A DNA stretch of 64,000 nt, taken from positions 296 through 64,295 of the forward strand of contig CAZWRS010000002.1 of assembly GCA_964636435.1 (NCBI GenBank), written 5' to 3'. The stretch comes from an uncultured Candidatus Saccharibacteria bacterium. Its GTDB lineage: Bacteria; Patescibacteriota; Saccharimonadia; Saccharimonadales; JAGQNK01. A program made the translations under genes and the position numbers. Shown piece by piece: positions 10,123-18,867 of the stretch (positions are counted from its first letter, which is position 1; every line of letters begins with the position of its first letter). The notes beneath the pieces were generated by a model, which saw nothing but the letters and a program-made list of their open reading frames with translations, searched no databases and was not told the origin of the DNA.

Positions 10123-10589
10123 TGTGGCGGCTCTGGTTACGAGTTGGCCGGTTGACCTACTGGGTAGCGTGGCCACTGCTGTATGTGTATCTACATGGCA
10201 GCAAGCGCACCCGGGTACTGGTGGTTCATGGCGACGAGGTGCTGGTGGTCCGTGGCTGGCTGGGCAGCGGTCGCTGGCTGCTGCCGGGCGGCGGCTTACA
10301 CCGGCATGAACGGCCGGCCGAAGGAGCTAGCCGGGAGCTTGAGGAAGAGACCGGGCTCGCAGTAAATGCGACAGAATTGCAGCCACTCATATCTGATGAA
10401 CCGATTCAGCAAAGTAGCCTGTCATTCAGGCTGTATGCTTTTGCGGTTAAGCTGGACAAAAAGCCGCAGCTCCGGCGGCAAAGGTTTGAAATTACCCAGC
10501 TGGCATGGATGAACTGGCGCACCTTGCGGACTGAGCAGTCAAGGGACGCTGATATCCGGCGTGTGCTGGACGCTTTTTTTCAGGAGTGA
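10119..10589 (+). CDS. NUDIX hydrolase
   Basis: Nudix box GGGLHRHERPAEGASRELEEETGL. ATGA overlap with the uvrD stop. Confidence 0.7.
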   Translation: MMWRLWLRVGRLTYWVAWPLLYVYLHGSKRTRVLVVHGDEVLVVRGWLGSGRWLLPGGGLHRHERPAEGASRELEEETGLAVNATELQPLISDEPIQQSSLSFRLYAFAVKLDKKPQLRRQRFEITQLAWMNWRTLRTEQSRDADIRRVLDAFFQE

Positions 10590-10669
10590 AATTTGCTACA
10601 ATTGAGCCTGTTTAATGCTATGCATGACTTCGGTGGAGAAGGGGCGAGACAGCCATCTCCAAACTACTT

Positions 10670-11890
10670 ATGAGCAAGAAATATAGTACAGGTACGCAGT
10701 ACAGGCCCTATTTGGACAGGTTTCACAACCATCCCTACGTTTTGCCGGTGACGACATTTCTGGTTCTTTTCTTCTTATCGATTGCAAGCTTTATTGGCTT
10801 TAACGCTCAGGGCAACCCACCCAGCGATTCACATATCGTGGAGTTTTCTATTGAGCGAGAGCGCCGCTCAGTCCCGACGCGGGCCAAGACCGTCGGTGAG
10901 TTTTTGAGTAAAATCGATGTCACCCTGGGAGAGAATGACATCGTTGAGCCGAGTGTCGATACCCGTATTGATGACGAAAAGTTTCATATTAATGTGTACC
11001 GGGCGCGGCCTATCACTATTGTCGAGTCTGGCCAAGAGCGTAAGTTTGCCTACAGTGCAGCCACGACGCCCCGCAGTGTGGTGCGGCAGGCCGGCGTCGA
11101 AGTTCATCCGGAAGATAAGGTGGAGTCAAAGCTGCCAGACAATTTCCTCAAAGAAGGGGTGCTGGGTGAAAAAGTGATTATTGAGCGGTCAACGCCGGCT
11201 GACATTAACCTCTACGGCTCGCATGTGCCGGTGCGAACGCATGCGCGGACGGTCGGTGAATTACTGGAGGAGAAGAATATTAAGGTTGCAGACAATGATG
11301 AGGTGCGGCCGTCACCAGATACGCCGATCAAGCAGGGTATTCAGATATTCGTGGTGCGGCCTGGCACCAAGCTGGTCACTGCCGAGGAAGAGATTCCAAT
11401 GCCGGAAGAAGTTGTCGAGGATCCGCGCCTGTCGTTTGGTGTCCAGGTCGTGCGCCAGGAAGGCTCCCCAGGAAAGCGAGTGGTGACCTACCAGGTGGAA
11501 ATGGAGAACGGCAAAGAAATCGGCCGCAAGCGGATTCAGGAAGTCGTTGCCGTCAAGCCCGTCAAGCAGGTCATCGCCAAGGGTAAGGCGGTATACATTC
11601 CGTCTGATAAGTCATCGCTACTTAGCGCGGCAGGCATTCAGCCGTCCGATCACCAGTACGTGGACTACATTATCCAAAAGGAATCAGGCTGGAATCCGAA
11701 CGCCCGCAATGCTAGCTCTGGTGCCTACGGGCTATGCCAGGCATTGCCGGGCAGCAAGATGACCTCAGCGGGCGCCGACTGGGAAGTCAACCCCATCACG
11801 CAGCTTAAGTGGTGCGACGGGTACGCGCAGTCAAGATATGGCGGCTGGGCGAACGCCTATGCGGCCTGGCAGCGACAACATTGGTGGTAA
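10670..11890 (+). CDS. RpfB/YabE-like cell-wall protein: N-terminal TM, 3x DUF348 repeats, G5 domain, C-terminal lytic-transglycosylase-like domain
   Basis: Three repeats of the ARTVGEFL / PRSVVRQAGVEV / ARTVGELL type. C-terminal SLT-like motif ESGWNPNARNASSGAYGLCQ. Confidence 0.7.
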   Translation: MSKKYSTGTQYRPYLDRFHNHPYVLPVTTFLVLFFLSIASFIGFNAQGNPPSDSHIVEFSIERERRSVPTRAKTVGEFLSKIDVTLGENDIVEPSVDTRIDDEKFHINVYRARPITIVESGQERKFAYSAATTPRSVVRQAGVEVHPEDKVESKLPDNFLKEGVLGEKVIIERSTPADINLYGSHVPVRTHARTVGELLEEKNIKVADNDEVRPSPDTPIKQGIQIFVVRPGTKLVTAEEEIPMPEEVVEDPRLSFGVQVVRQEGSPGKRVVTYQVEMENGKEIGRKRIQEVVAVKPVKQVIAKGKAVYIPSDKSSLLSAAGIQPSDHQYVDYIIQKESGWNPNARNASSGAYGLCQALPGSKMTSAGADWEVNPITQLKWCDGYAQSRYGGWANAYAAWQRQHWW

Positions 11891-11928
11891 GCGGCTTTGG
11901 CTGTGCTGTTGAGGTACACTAGTAGGGT

Positions 11929-12729
11929 ATGAGCAGTAGCAGCCCCCTCCCGAAAAAATCGCTTGGCCAACACTGGCTGCATGATAGGCACGCATTGGCG
12001 GCCATGTGCGAAGCTGCCGAGGTGGGTAAACAGGATACCGTTTTAGAGATTGGTCCTGGGCTCGGCACCTTGACCGAGGTGCTCACCAAGCAGGCAAAGA
12101 CCGTCGTTGCCGTCGAGTTTGACCAGGCCCTGGCTGATGCGCTGCCGGGTCGGGTAGGCGCCGGCAATCTGGTGACGCACCAACAGGATATCTTGACATT
12201 TGATCTGACGATGCTGCCAAAGGACTACAAAGTCGTCGCCAATATCCCGTATTATTTGACGAGCAATCTTATCCGAGTGATCAGTGAGTCAATAAACCCA
12301 CCATCCATTGCTGCGCTGCTGGTGCAAAAGGAAGTCGCTGAGCGGGTCGCGGCGGCGCCAGGGGATATGTCGTTGCTGAGCGTGAGCGCACAGTTCTACT
12401 GGGAGGTGAGTACTGGTCAGGTAGTACCAGCTGAGCTGTTCACGCCGCCACCTAAGGTTGATTCGCAGATCCTGGTGTTGAAAAAACGTCGTGAGCCGCT
12501 CTTTCCGGGCGCTGATATTCAAACATTTTTCCAGGTAGTAAAGGCTGGCTTCGCATCGCGCCGTAAGACCTTGCTCAACTCACTCAGTGCCGGCTTGCGC
12601 ATTAATAAGCAGCAGGCTCATCGGTTACTAGCCGAGGCAGGCATTGAGCCCGGGTTGCGCCCACAGGCCCTGTCGCTCGCGGAGTGGCACAGTTTGTACG
12701 TAGCAGCGCGCCGTCTCGGAGTCATATAG
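11929..12729 (+). CDS. rsmA: 16S rRNA (adenine1518/1519-N6)-dimethyltransferase
   Basis: KKSLGQHWL N-terminus and VLEIGPGLGTLT SAM-binding motif. Confidence 0.9.
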   Translation: MSSSSPLPKKSLGQHWLHDRHALAAMCEAAEVGKQDTVLEIGPGLGTLTEVLTKQAKTVVAVEFDQALADALPGRVGAGNLVTHQQDILTFDLTMLPKDYKVVANIPYYLTSNLIRVISESINPPSIAALLVQKEVAERVAAAPGDMSLLSVSAQFYWEVSTGQVVPAELFTPPPKVDSQILVLKKRREPLFPGADIQTFFQVVKAGFASRRKTLLNSLSAGLRINKQQAHRLLAEAGIEPGLRPQALSLAEWHSLYVAARRLGVI

Positions 12730-12804
12730 CCCCCTCGTGCCTGTGGTAGAAAAAATGCTTATGGCTTTTACATTTTCTCTCTGTTTCGGTACTCTATTCT
12801 ATAT

Positions 12805-14400
12805 ATGAACCCCGAAAACCAAAACCCCGGCGGCCATCCCGGCCCCGTGCCGGGACAGCAGCCTCCATATCAGGGCCAGCCGTACAATCAACAGGCACCC
12901 GGGCCGCACGTCTATGGTCCGCAGCAGTTTAGCCCGTTCCCGCAAGGCGGCGGTGTGCCGCAGCAGGCACCACCTAAAAATAATCGGAAGCTCATCTGGG
13001 CGGTGATCGCCATGGCCGTTCTGCTGCTCATAACGATCGGTGTCGCGGTATTTTTGAACCTGCCAAAAGACGGTTCATCCGCTGGTGATGATTTCATCCG
13101 CAGCTACGATTCTCCGGTCGGCCTGCTGCCGGGTATGCAGTCGGCTGATATTAAGTCCGGCAAATTTAAGCTTCAGGCCAGTTATGTCGGTGATGGTAAT
13201 TTCCGGCGTGAGGGTGTGTTTGCGGTCAAGGATGGCAAGCTGCACTTCGCCATGGTCGCCGACGAAAAGCGGGTTAACGAGCTGGTCAAGCAGCTGTATG
13301 ACCGTCGTCAGGGCAATAAGGCCACCTTTGACGCAGCTAAGCACGGCGTGACGAGCAATTTTTCGTACGACTTTGCTTCGATGGCGGGGTATCACTATCT
13401 CTATGATCAGAATGGCGGTGCCATGAGCGGCTTTATCCCTGAAGTGGACGCTGCCAAAGCGGCGAGCAGCACTGATAAGCGATTCACACTCACAACTGCC
13501 TGTGACAGTGCACTGGCTGACGTTAAGCAAAAGCTAAACATGCATACCACTAGCCTGATGTTTGATATCCGTGACATGGGTGTTAACAAGCGGCAGGCCG
13601 AGATCAGCTTTGCCACCAGACAGAGCATCGACAAGGCGGTCCGGACATTCTTCGATAGCTGCTATGACCTTAACTATAAGCCTTCGGCTGCGCTCAAAAA
13701 GTTTGTTGATGGCCTAAAGCAAAATATTACTACAAGCCCAAAGTTTACCTACTGGCAAGAAGAGGGGGTGAGCTACCTGGAGGTCGCTCCGCCCGATGAG
13801 AACACGCCGTTTGGCGGCAAGCTGCACTTTGAGTTGACAGCCTTGAGTACCGCTCCCGCTGAACTGACCGGCGCCAACGCATCGTATATCGAGCGGCGCA
13901 ATCAGTTCGGGTTGGCCTACAGCCTGTGCCGCACCGACCCGATAATTACCCGTACCGTCCAGGACGGGTACCGCTTCCTGCGCGAAGACCCAGCCTATGA
14001 ATACCCCAGTGCCCGAGATTCGGGCTACTTCTGTACGACACTATCGACACCGCGTCAGTATACGCCGGCAAAGACTGTTTCGCTGCGTTCAACGACCGGC
14101 GCCATGGTACCGGTTACCGGTGCCGCTATTGACGGCCTGCGGGGCCTGCACGACCTGACCTATGAGATAGAGAAGTACAATCTGCAGAACAAGCGGTACC
14201 CCGGGCCCAATGAATTTCGTGACATGGCGAGCAGCAACATGGGAGATTTGACCCTGACGACCCAGACGGCTTTCGCTAGCCGCTCCCTGGTCTACACGGC
14301 ACTGCCTACGGAGTGTGAAGGTACCTGCAACGACTTTGTGCTGAGTTACGTGGCAGCACCGAACGTGCAAATCCAGCGCAGTACGTACCGGCCGCATTAA
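12805..14400 (+). CDS. Hypothetical membrane protein: Pro/Gln/Gly-rich cytoplasmic N-tail, one TM, about 440-aa extracytoplasmic domain of unknown family
   Basis: Long ORF. N-terminus PGGHPGPVPGQQPPYQGQPYNQQAPGP followed by TM LIWAVIAMAVLLLITIGVAVFL. Confidence 0.45.
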   Translation: MNPENQNPGGHPGPVPGQQPPYQGQPYNQQAPGPHVYGPQQFSPFPQGGGVPQQAPPKNNRKLIWAVIAMAVLLLITIGVAVFLNLPKDGSSAGDDFIRSYDSPVGLLPGMQSADIKSGKFKLQASYVGDGNFRREGVFAVKDGKLHFAMVADEKRVNELVKQLYDRRQGNKATFDAAKHGVTSNFSYDFASMAGYHYLYDQNGGAMSGFIPEVDAAKAASSTDKRFTLTTACDSALADVKQKLNMHTTSLMFDIRDMGVNKRQAEISFATRQSIDKAVRTFFDSCYDLNYKPSAALKKFVDGLKQNITTSPKFTYWQEEGVSYLEVAPPDENTPFGGKLHFELTALSTAPAELTGANASYIERRNQFGLAYSLCRTDPIITRTVQDGYRFLREDPAYEYPSARDSGYFCTTLSTPRQYTPAKTVSLRSTTGAMVPVTGAAIDGLRGLHDLTYEIEKYNLQNKRYPGPNEFRDMASSNMGDLTLTTQTAFASRSLVYTALPTECEGTCNDFVLSYVAAPNVQIQRSTYRPH

Positions 14401-14403
14401 TAC

Positions 14404-14432
14404 TAGACATAAGCGCTTTTATACGGTATAAT
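14404..14432 (+). promoter_or_regulatory. Candidate sigma70-type promoter for ssrA (TAGACA-17-TATAAT)
   Basis: TAGACA at 14404-14409 and TATAAT at 14427-14432 with a 17-nt spacer, about 36 nt upstream of the tmRNA 5' end. Confidence 0.4.
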
Positions 14433-14467
14433 ACTAGTGTCCTCTGCATAAGGGGAGTAGTAATTAT

Positions 14468-14851
14468 GGGGCTGAATTTAAGCTCGACGTTGGACTTTAA
14501 CAGTTAGATCAGCAGGCCGCTTGTCAGCGTTATAGACACCATTTAGTAGATGCAGAAAAAGTATCTCTTAGCGACATGGTTGACCGTGTTCTCGGTCGCC
14601 GTGAAGCACTCGCTTTCGCCTAAGAACGGAAGCTATCTTTGGTCCGACGCCAGATAGGATCATTAGATATCATATTTTCTGGATGCCCATACGCAAGTGT
14701 TCCATAGCGTATGGAAAGACTTTTGGAACAGTCTCTTCAGCCTTTTGTTCGTTTTTATGCTGAAGAGGTGAACGTAAACGGACTATGCCTGTAGGATAGA
14801 CTAACTTAGTTAAACTAGCGGACGCGGGGGCAGTACCCGCCAGCTCCACCA
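14468..14851 (+). ncRNA. ssrA: tmRNA (transfer-messenger RNA, SsrA)
   Basis: 5' GGGGCTGAATTTAAGCTCGACG matches the tmRNA acceptor/D-arm. 3' GGACGCGGGGGCAGTACCCGCCAGCTCCACCA matches the T-arm/acceptor with encoded CCA. An internal tag frame ends ...GRREALAFA then TAA at 14621-14623. Confidence 0.85.
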
Positions 14852-14856
14852 CAAGA

Positions 14857-14882
14857 GCATCAGAGAAATCTGGTGCTTTTTT
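14857..14882 (+). terminator. Rho-independent terminator after ssrA
   Basis: Hairpin GCATCAG-agaaat-CTGGTGC (one G-U pair) followed by TTTTTT. Confidence 0.5.
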
Positions 14883-14926
14883 GTTTGCCTTCTGACACCT
14901 CGTTTGGTCTATGGTAACCTACTTCT

Positions 14927-15684
14927 ATGCTCAATAATGCTCGAAACATTTACGTTGGGTTGAAATTGGGGGAAAATGCTAGCCCCAATATGTCGAAGAG
15001 GTTGTGGACTACGTTGATTTCTTTGAATTGTACGCAAGCCCCCAAGTCGACTATGCGTTTCTCGCAGGTATCAATAAACCCATCACTATCCATATCGCAC
15101 ATTTCGCCAGTGAGGTAAATTTTGCTAACCCAAGGCGAAGAGAGATCAATGAAGCGGCCTTTCGGCATGCCCTTGTCTTAGCTGATAAATTCAGTGCGAA
15201 AAAAATCATCTTTCATCCCGAGCTCAAAGAAGATGACGACTGCTCCGTAGACGTATTGGCGAACTTTATTACGAATCATTATGATGAAAGGCTGCATCTA
15301 GAAAATATGCCATTTTCGTCAGAGGGATTTGAGCATTTCGCTGCGAGCCCACCCGAAATCGAAGCTTTGCTAGATTTGCTTGGTGTAAAATTCTGTTTCG
15401 ATTTCGCGCACGCCTTCGAATTCCTAGAGTTTAGCGGCAAGGGTCCATCGGAAGTCGAGGAATTTTTAAAATTAAACCCGAGCCATTTTCATATTACCGA
15501 CACAGACCTCTCGGCAGTAGTGTTGCCGGGCTACAATGAGCAGCATATAAATTTTGGAGAAGGAACTATGGATCCGGTGCTTTGTCGGAACATGGTACCG
15601 CAAGGCGCTTGGGTTACTATTGAAACACCGATGAGCAGCACCAAGCAGCTGAAGGAAGTTCAATTTTATATGGTCACGAGTTAG
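14927..15684 (+). pseudogene. Xylose-isomerase-like TIM-barrel (sugar phosphate isomerase/epimerase/Endo IV superfamily) gene, apparently frameshifted at a C-run near 14983-14986
   Basis: N-terminal MLNNARNIYVGLKLGENASP lies in a different frame from the downstream body (IHIAHFASE, IIFHPE, LHLENMP, FCFDFAHAF, HFHITDTD, VTIETP). Joining them needs a -1 shift in the agCCCCaat run. The downstream frame alone has only a GTG start and lacks the N-terminal strand. Confidence 0.45.
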
Positions 15685-15952
15685 CAGCAGTTGCCTAGTT
15701 GCTAGTGCGGATACTTTTACATGTAAGCTATCGTTTCCTATCTAGGGAGCCTGGTTGACAACCCGATTCTAACCAGTACTGCTTATTAAGTTGTTTTACT
15801 ATATATAAATTAAGACTATTAAAGGGATAGTATGAAAAGTACTCAGGGTGGTTCCAGTGCCTTATTGTTGTGAAAAATATAAGTAGGCCGTATACTTAGT
15901 TCATCAACTAAACAGGAAACAACATGCAAGAAAAAAGCGGAAATTCCCTAAA

Positions 15953-16438
15953 GTGCGAGTCATTGCCCTCGTCGCCCTCTTTTTGATGATTATTGGCATC
16001 GCAGCTTACGGCTTTATGCAAATAAAGGGGCTGAAATCACGAGTCACAACTGTAGAGAACAGAGTAAACGAAACGTATGCATATAACGAAGAGGGTGCGG
16101 ATGAGGTTGTTGATATCAAGGTAGCTTCCCGCAGTACGAAGCAGCTACGTGTAGAGACCATTTATAGCATGGAAGGCACCCCGCAGTATGAGACAAAAAG
16201 CGTCGAGGAGTTCATCGTACGAATCAAAAACAATACCTCATGGCAGCACAATGACGGCGGGGCGATCCAGGCGAGAACCGCAAAGGGTGTTTTAATTTCC
16301 CCGGCAACCATTCATCCTGACGACTTTAAAGGTGAATCGACACTTTCTCTAGCACCAGGCGGTGAAGCCGAGATTACTCTGCATTTTGTCGCTCCGGAAG
16401 GTGAAAAAATTACAGACATCTATACTGATGGCAAATAA
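15953..16438 (+). CDS. Hypothetical N-terminally membrane-anchored protein
   Basis: GTG start. TM VIALVALFLMIIGIAAYGFM. AT-rich flanks. Confidence 0.4.
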   Translation: MRVIALVALFLMIIGIAAYGFMQIKGLKSRVTTVENRVNETYAYNEEGADEVVDIKVASRSTKQLRVETIYSMEGTPQYETKSVEEFIVRIKNNTSWQHNDGGAIQARTAKGVLISPATIHPDDFKGESTLSLAPGGEAEITLHFVAPEGEKITDIYTDGK

Positions 16439-16547
16439 GTTATCTAGTCTGCCGTGTAAGAAAAGCATCGACAATAGTACATAAAGATAATAATTTTACA
16501 TATAAACTATCTTTTCCCATTTAGAATTCTTTATGGAAGGAGAGGGT

Positions 16548-16637
16548 ATGGGAAAAAGTTTAGTACCGCGTTACTACATCCGCGATAGCGAAACTAATGA
16601 GCTTTGGTGCTTTGAAGCCGACGCGCTGGCTGGCTAG
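16548..16637 (+). CDS. 29-aa mini-ORF with a very strong Shine-Dalgarno sequence
   Basis: GGAAGGAGAGGG 5 nt upstream of ATG. Peptide MGKSLVPRYYIRDSETNELWCFEADALAG. Confidence 0.25.
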   Translation: MGKSLVPRYYIRDSETNELWCFEADALAG

Positions 16638-16846
16638 GGAGTTTTACGAAGCATGAGGCGTAAGTTTGACAGGTACTGCTGAGGGTCTGTCTTCGGGCGC
16701 AGCTTGAGATAACTCAGGTGATTGTCGACGAATGAAATTCTATTCTCTGGCCACTTATCGGTATTGGCTCGAAAGGCAGACTTGGTTACAAGTGCTGGAT
16801 TTCTTTCCATAGCCTCCAGAGCTGCGATAATCTCTTCTTCAGTCAT
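16634..16846 (-). CDS. Small hypothetical protein (70 aa)
   Basis: ORF MTEEEIIAALEAMERNPALVTKSAF... Preceded on the minus strand by a further short Lys-rich ORF. Confidence 0.35.
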   Translation of the reverse strand: MTEEEIIAALEAMERNPALVTKSAFRANTDKWPENRISFVDNHLSYLKLRPKTDPQQYLSNLRLMLRKTP

Positions 16847-16988
16847 AACTTAACTACTCCTTAATTTTCTTAGGCTTCTTTTTTTCTTTCTTACCTTTGT
16901 CCTTGGGTACCGCATTCTCCTCTTCGTCTCCTACCAGTATGCGCTTGTTCGGGCTAATAAGCTACTTGTTGTATGGTGCAGTGCTGCA

Positions 16989-17483
16989 ATGTTAGTGAGA
17001 AAACTTACAGTTTGTGAGAAGTTTCTGTCTACACTAGTTCTTATGACAATTACGAGTACGGCATTTCAGGACAATGATTTTATACCGGTAGAGTATGGAT
17101 ACGACGGACGCAATATTAATCCACCGCTAACCTTTTCTGAGGTGCCGACCGAGGCTAAAAGCTTGGTGCTGATAGTCGAGGATCCGGATGCGCCGAGCGG
17201 TACGTTTACGCACTGGATTCTTTATAATATTTCGCCAGCTACACTGCAAATTATGGAGGGCGAGCTGCCTATCGGTGCCGAGCAGGCGACGAATGACTAT
17301 GAGACCAGAGCGTATGGTGGACCGCGACCTCCGGACGGCACCCATCGCTACTTCTTCAAGCTCTTCGCGCTTGATACGAAACTGGATGAGGTGCAGCCGG
17401 AAGATAGACGTGAAGATGTCTACGAAGCCATGGACGGTCACATCATTGAGCAGGCTGAGCTCATCGGGCTGTACGCCGCGTAA
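16989..17483 (+). CDS. YbhB/YbcL family protein (PEBP, Raf kinase inhibitor-like)
   Basis: DPDAPSG and GTHRYFFKLFALD PEBP motifs. A more likely start is the internal ATG at 17043 (MTITSTAFQDNDFIP). Confidence 0.8.
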   Translation: MLVRKLTVCEKFLSTLVLMTITSTAFQDNDFIPVEYGYDGRNINPPLTFSEVPTEAKSLVLIVEDPDAPSGTFTHWILYNISPATLQIMEGELPIGAEQATNDYETRAYGGPRPPDGTHRYFFKLFALDTKLDEVQPEDRREDVYEAMDGHIIEQAELIGLYAA

Positions 17484-17647
17484 AGATTGACGCTTACGCT
17501 CAGACGTGCTACAATTAATTCTCATTGTTCTAAAAAGTGAATCCAGAGTTTGGGAATAGTTTTACTTCTAGGTTTCATTTAGTGACAATCGAAGTAATAA
17601 CTAAGGGCCGTTAATGCGGGCTCAGCAAACAAAAGGATTCTATTTTT

Positions 17648-18853
17648 ATGCCTTCATCATATAAAAAAACCACCAACCAGCGGTCGGCCTTTGGCGGCCG
17701 TCGTCGTACCTACCGATCGGCACCGCGCCAGAATAAACGCCGCCAGGGTCAGTACATCGACCCCATTAAATTTGTTAAAGCTGCCCGTCCGGTTGCCGCC
17801 GAGCAGTATGAGGCGACGCATCAGTTTGATGATTTTGACCTGCATGATCTACTTAAATCAAACCTAGCCACTAAGGGCTACCAGACACCGTCGCCCATCC
17901 AGGACCAGACGATCCCGGTCGCTTTGTGCGGCAGTGACGTTATTGGTATTGCTAACACCGGCACTGGTAAGACGGCCGCCTTTGCCCTGCCGGTCTTGCA
18001 CCAATTGATGTGTAATCCGCATACCAAGGCGCTGATCATTGCACCCACCCGTGAGCTTGCCCAACAGATCGAAGCCGAAATGAAGTCGATCGCCAAAGGG
18101 AGCGGCCTATTTGGTGTGCTGCTGATTGGCGGCACGAACATCGGTCCGCAGCTGCGTGACCTGCGGCTCAACCCCCGGGTTGTCATCGGTACCCCTGGCC
18201 GCATCAAGGATCATCTGGAGCGCGGTACGCTCAAGCTGCATCAATTCAGCTTCGCGGTGTTGGATGAAGTCGATCGCATGCTGGATATGGGCTTTTTGCC
18301 AGATGTGACGACGATCATGCAGCAGCTCCCCACAGAGCGTCAGTCCTTGTTCTTTTCGGCGACGATGGACAGTAAGGTGCAGATGCTGATCGAGAGCTTT
18401 TCTAATGAGCCCGTCGCCATCAAGCACAAGACCAGTGATACGAGCGACAACGTACACCAGGACGTGGTGCGTGTATCGGCCGCCCATGAAAAAATCGACA
18501 AACTGCACGATATCCTCATCAGGGAAGAGGTGGAGAAAATAATTGTCTTTGATGAAACGCAGCGTAGCGTTGAGCGGCTCAGTAATGAGCTGATCGCTCG
18601 CGGTTTCAAGGCTGATGCGATTCATGGCGGCAAAAATCAGGGCCAGCGCCAACGTGCGCTTAATCGCTTCAAGAAAAATGAGGTGACGATTCTCGTGGCT
18701 ACCGATGTCGCTGCCCGCGGTATCGACGTAAAAGACATTACCCATGTCATTAACTACAGCATTCCGCAGACCTACGACGATTATACGCACCGCATCGGCC
18801 GGGCCGGCCGGGCCGGCCGCATTGGTTACGCCCTGACGTTTATAAGTCACTAG
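17648..18853 (+). CDS. DEAD-box ATP-dependent RNA helicase
   Basis: Basic N-tail. Q-motif, Walker A ANTGTGKTAAF, and DEVD, SAT and HRIGRAGR motifs. Confidence 0.9.
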   Translation: MPSSYKKTTNQRSAFGGRRRTYRSAPRQNKRRQGQYIDPIKFVKAARPVAAEQYEATHQFDDFDLHDLLKSNLATKGYQTPSPIQDQTIPVALCGSDVIGIANTGTGKTAAFALPVLHQLMCNPHTKALIIAPTRELAQQIEAEMKSIAKGSGLFGVLLIGGTNIGPQLRDLRLNPRVVIGTPGRIKDHLERGTLKLHQFSFAVLDEVDRMLDMGFLPDVTTIMQQLPTERQSLFFSATMDSKVQMLIESFSNEPVAIKHKTSDTSDNVHQDVVRVSAAHEKIDKLHDILIREEVEKIIVFDETQRSVERLSNELIARGFKADAIHGGKNQGQRQRALNRFKKNEVTILVATDVAARGIDVKDITHVINYSIPQTYDDYTHRIGRAGRAGRIGYALTFISH

Positions 18854-18867
18854 CCGAGAAATACTGT

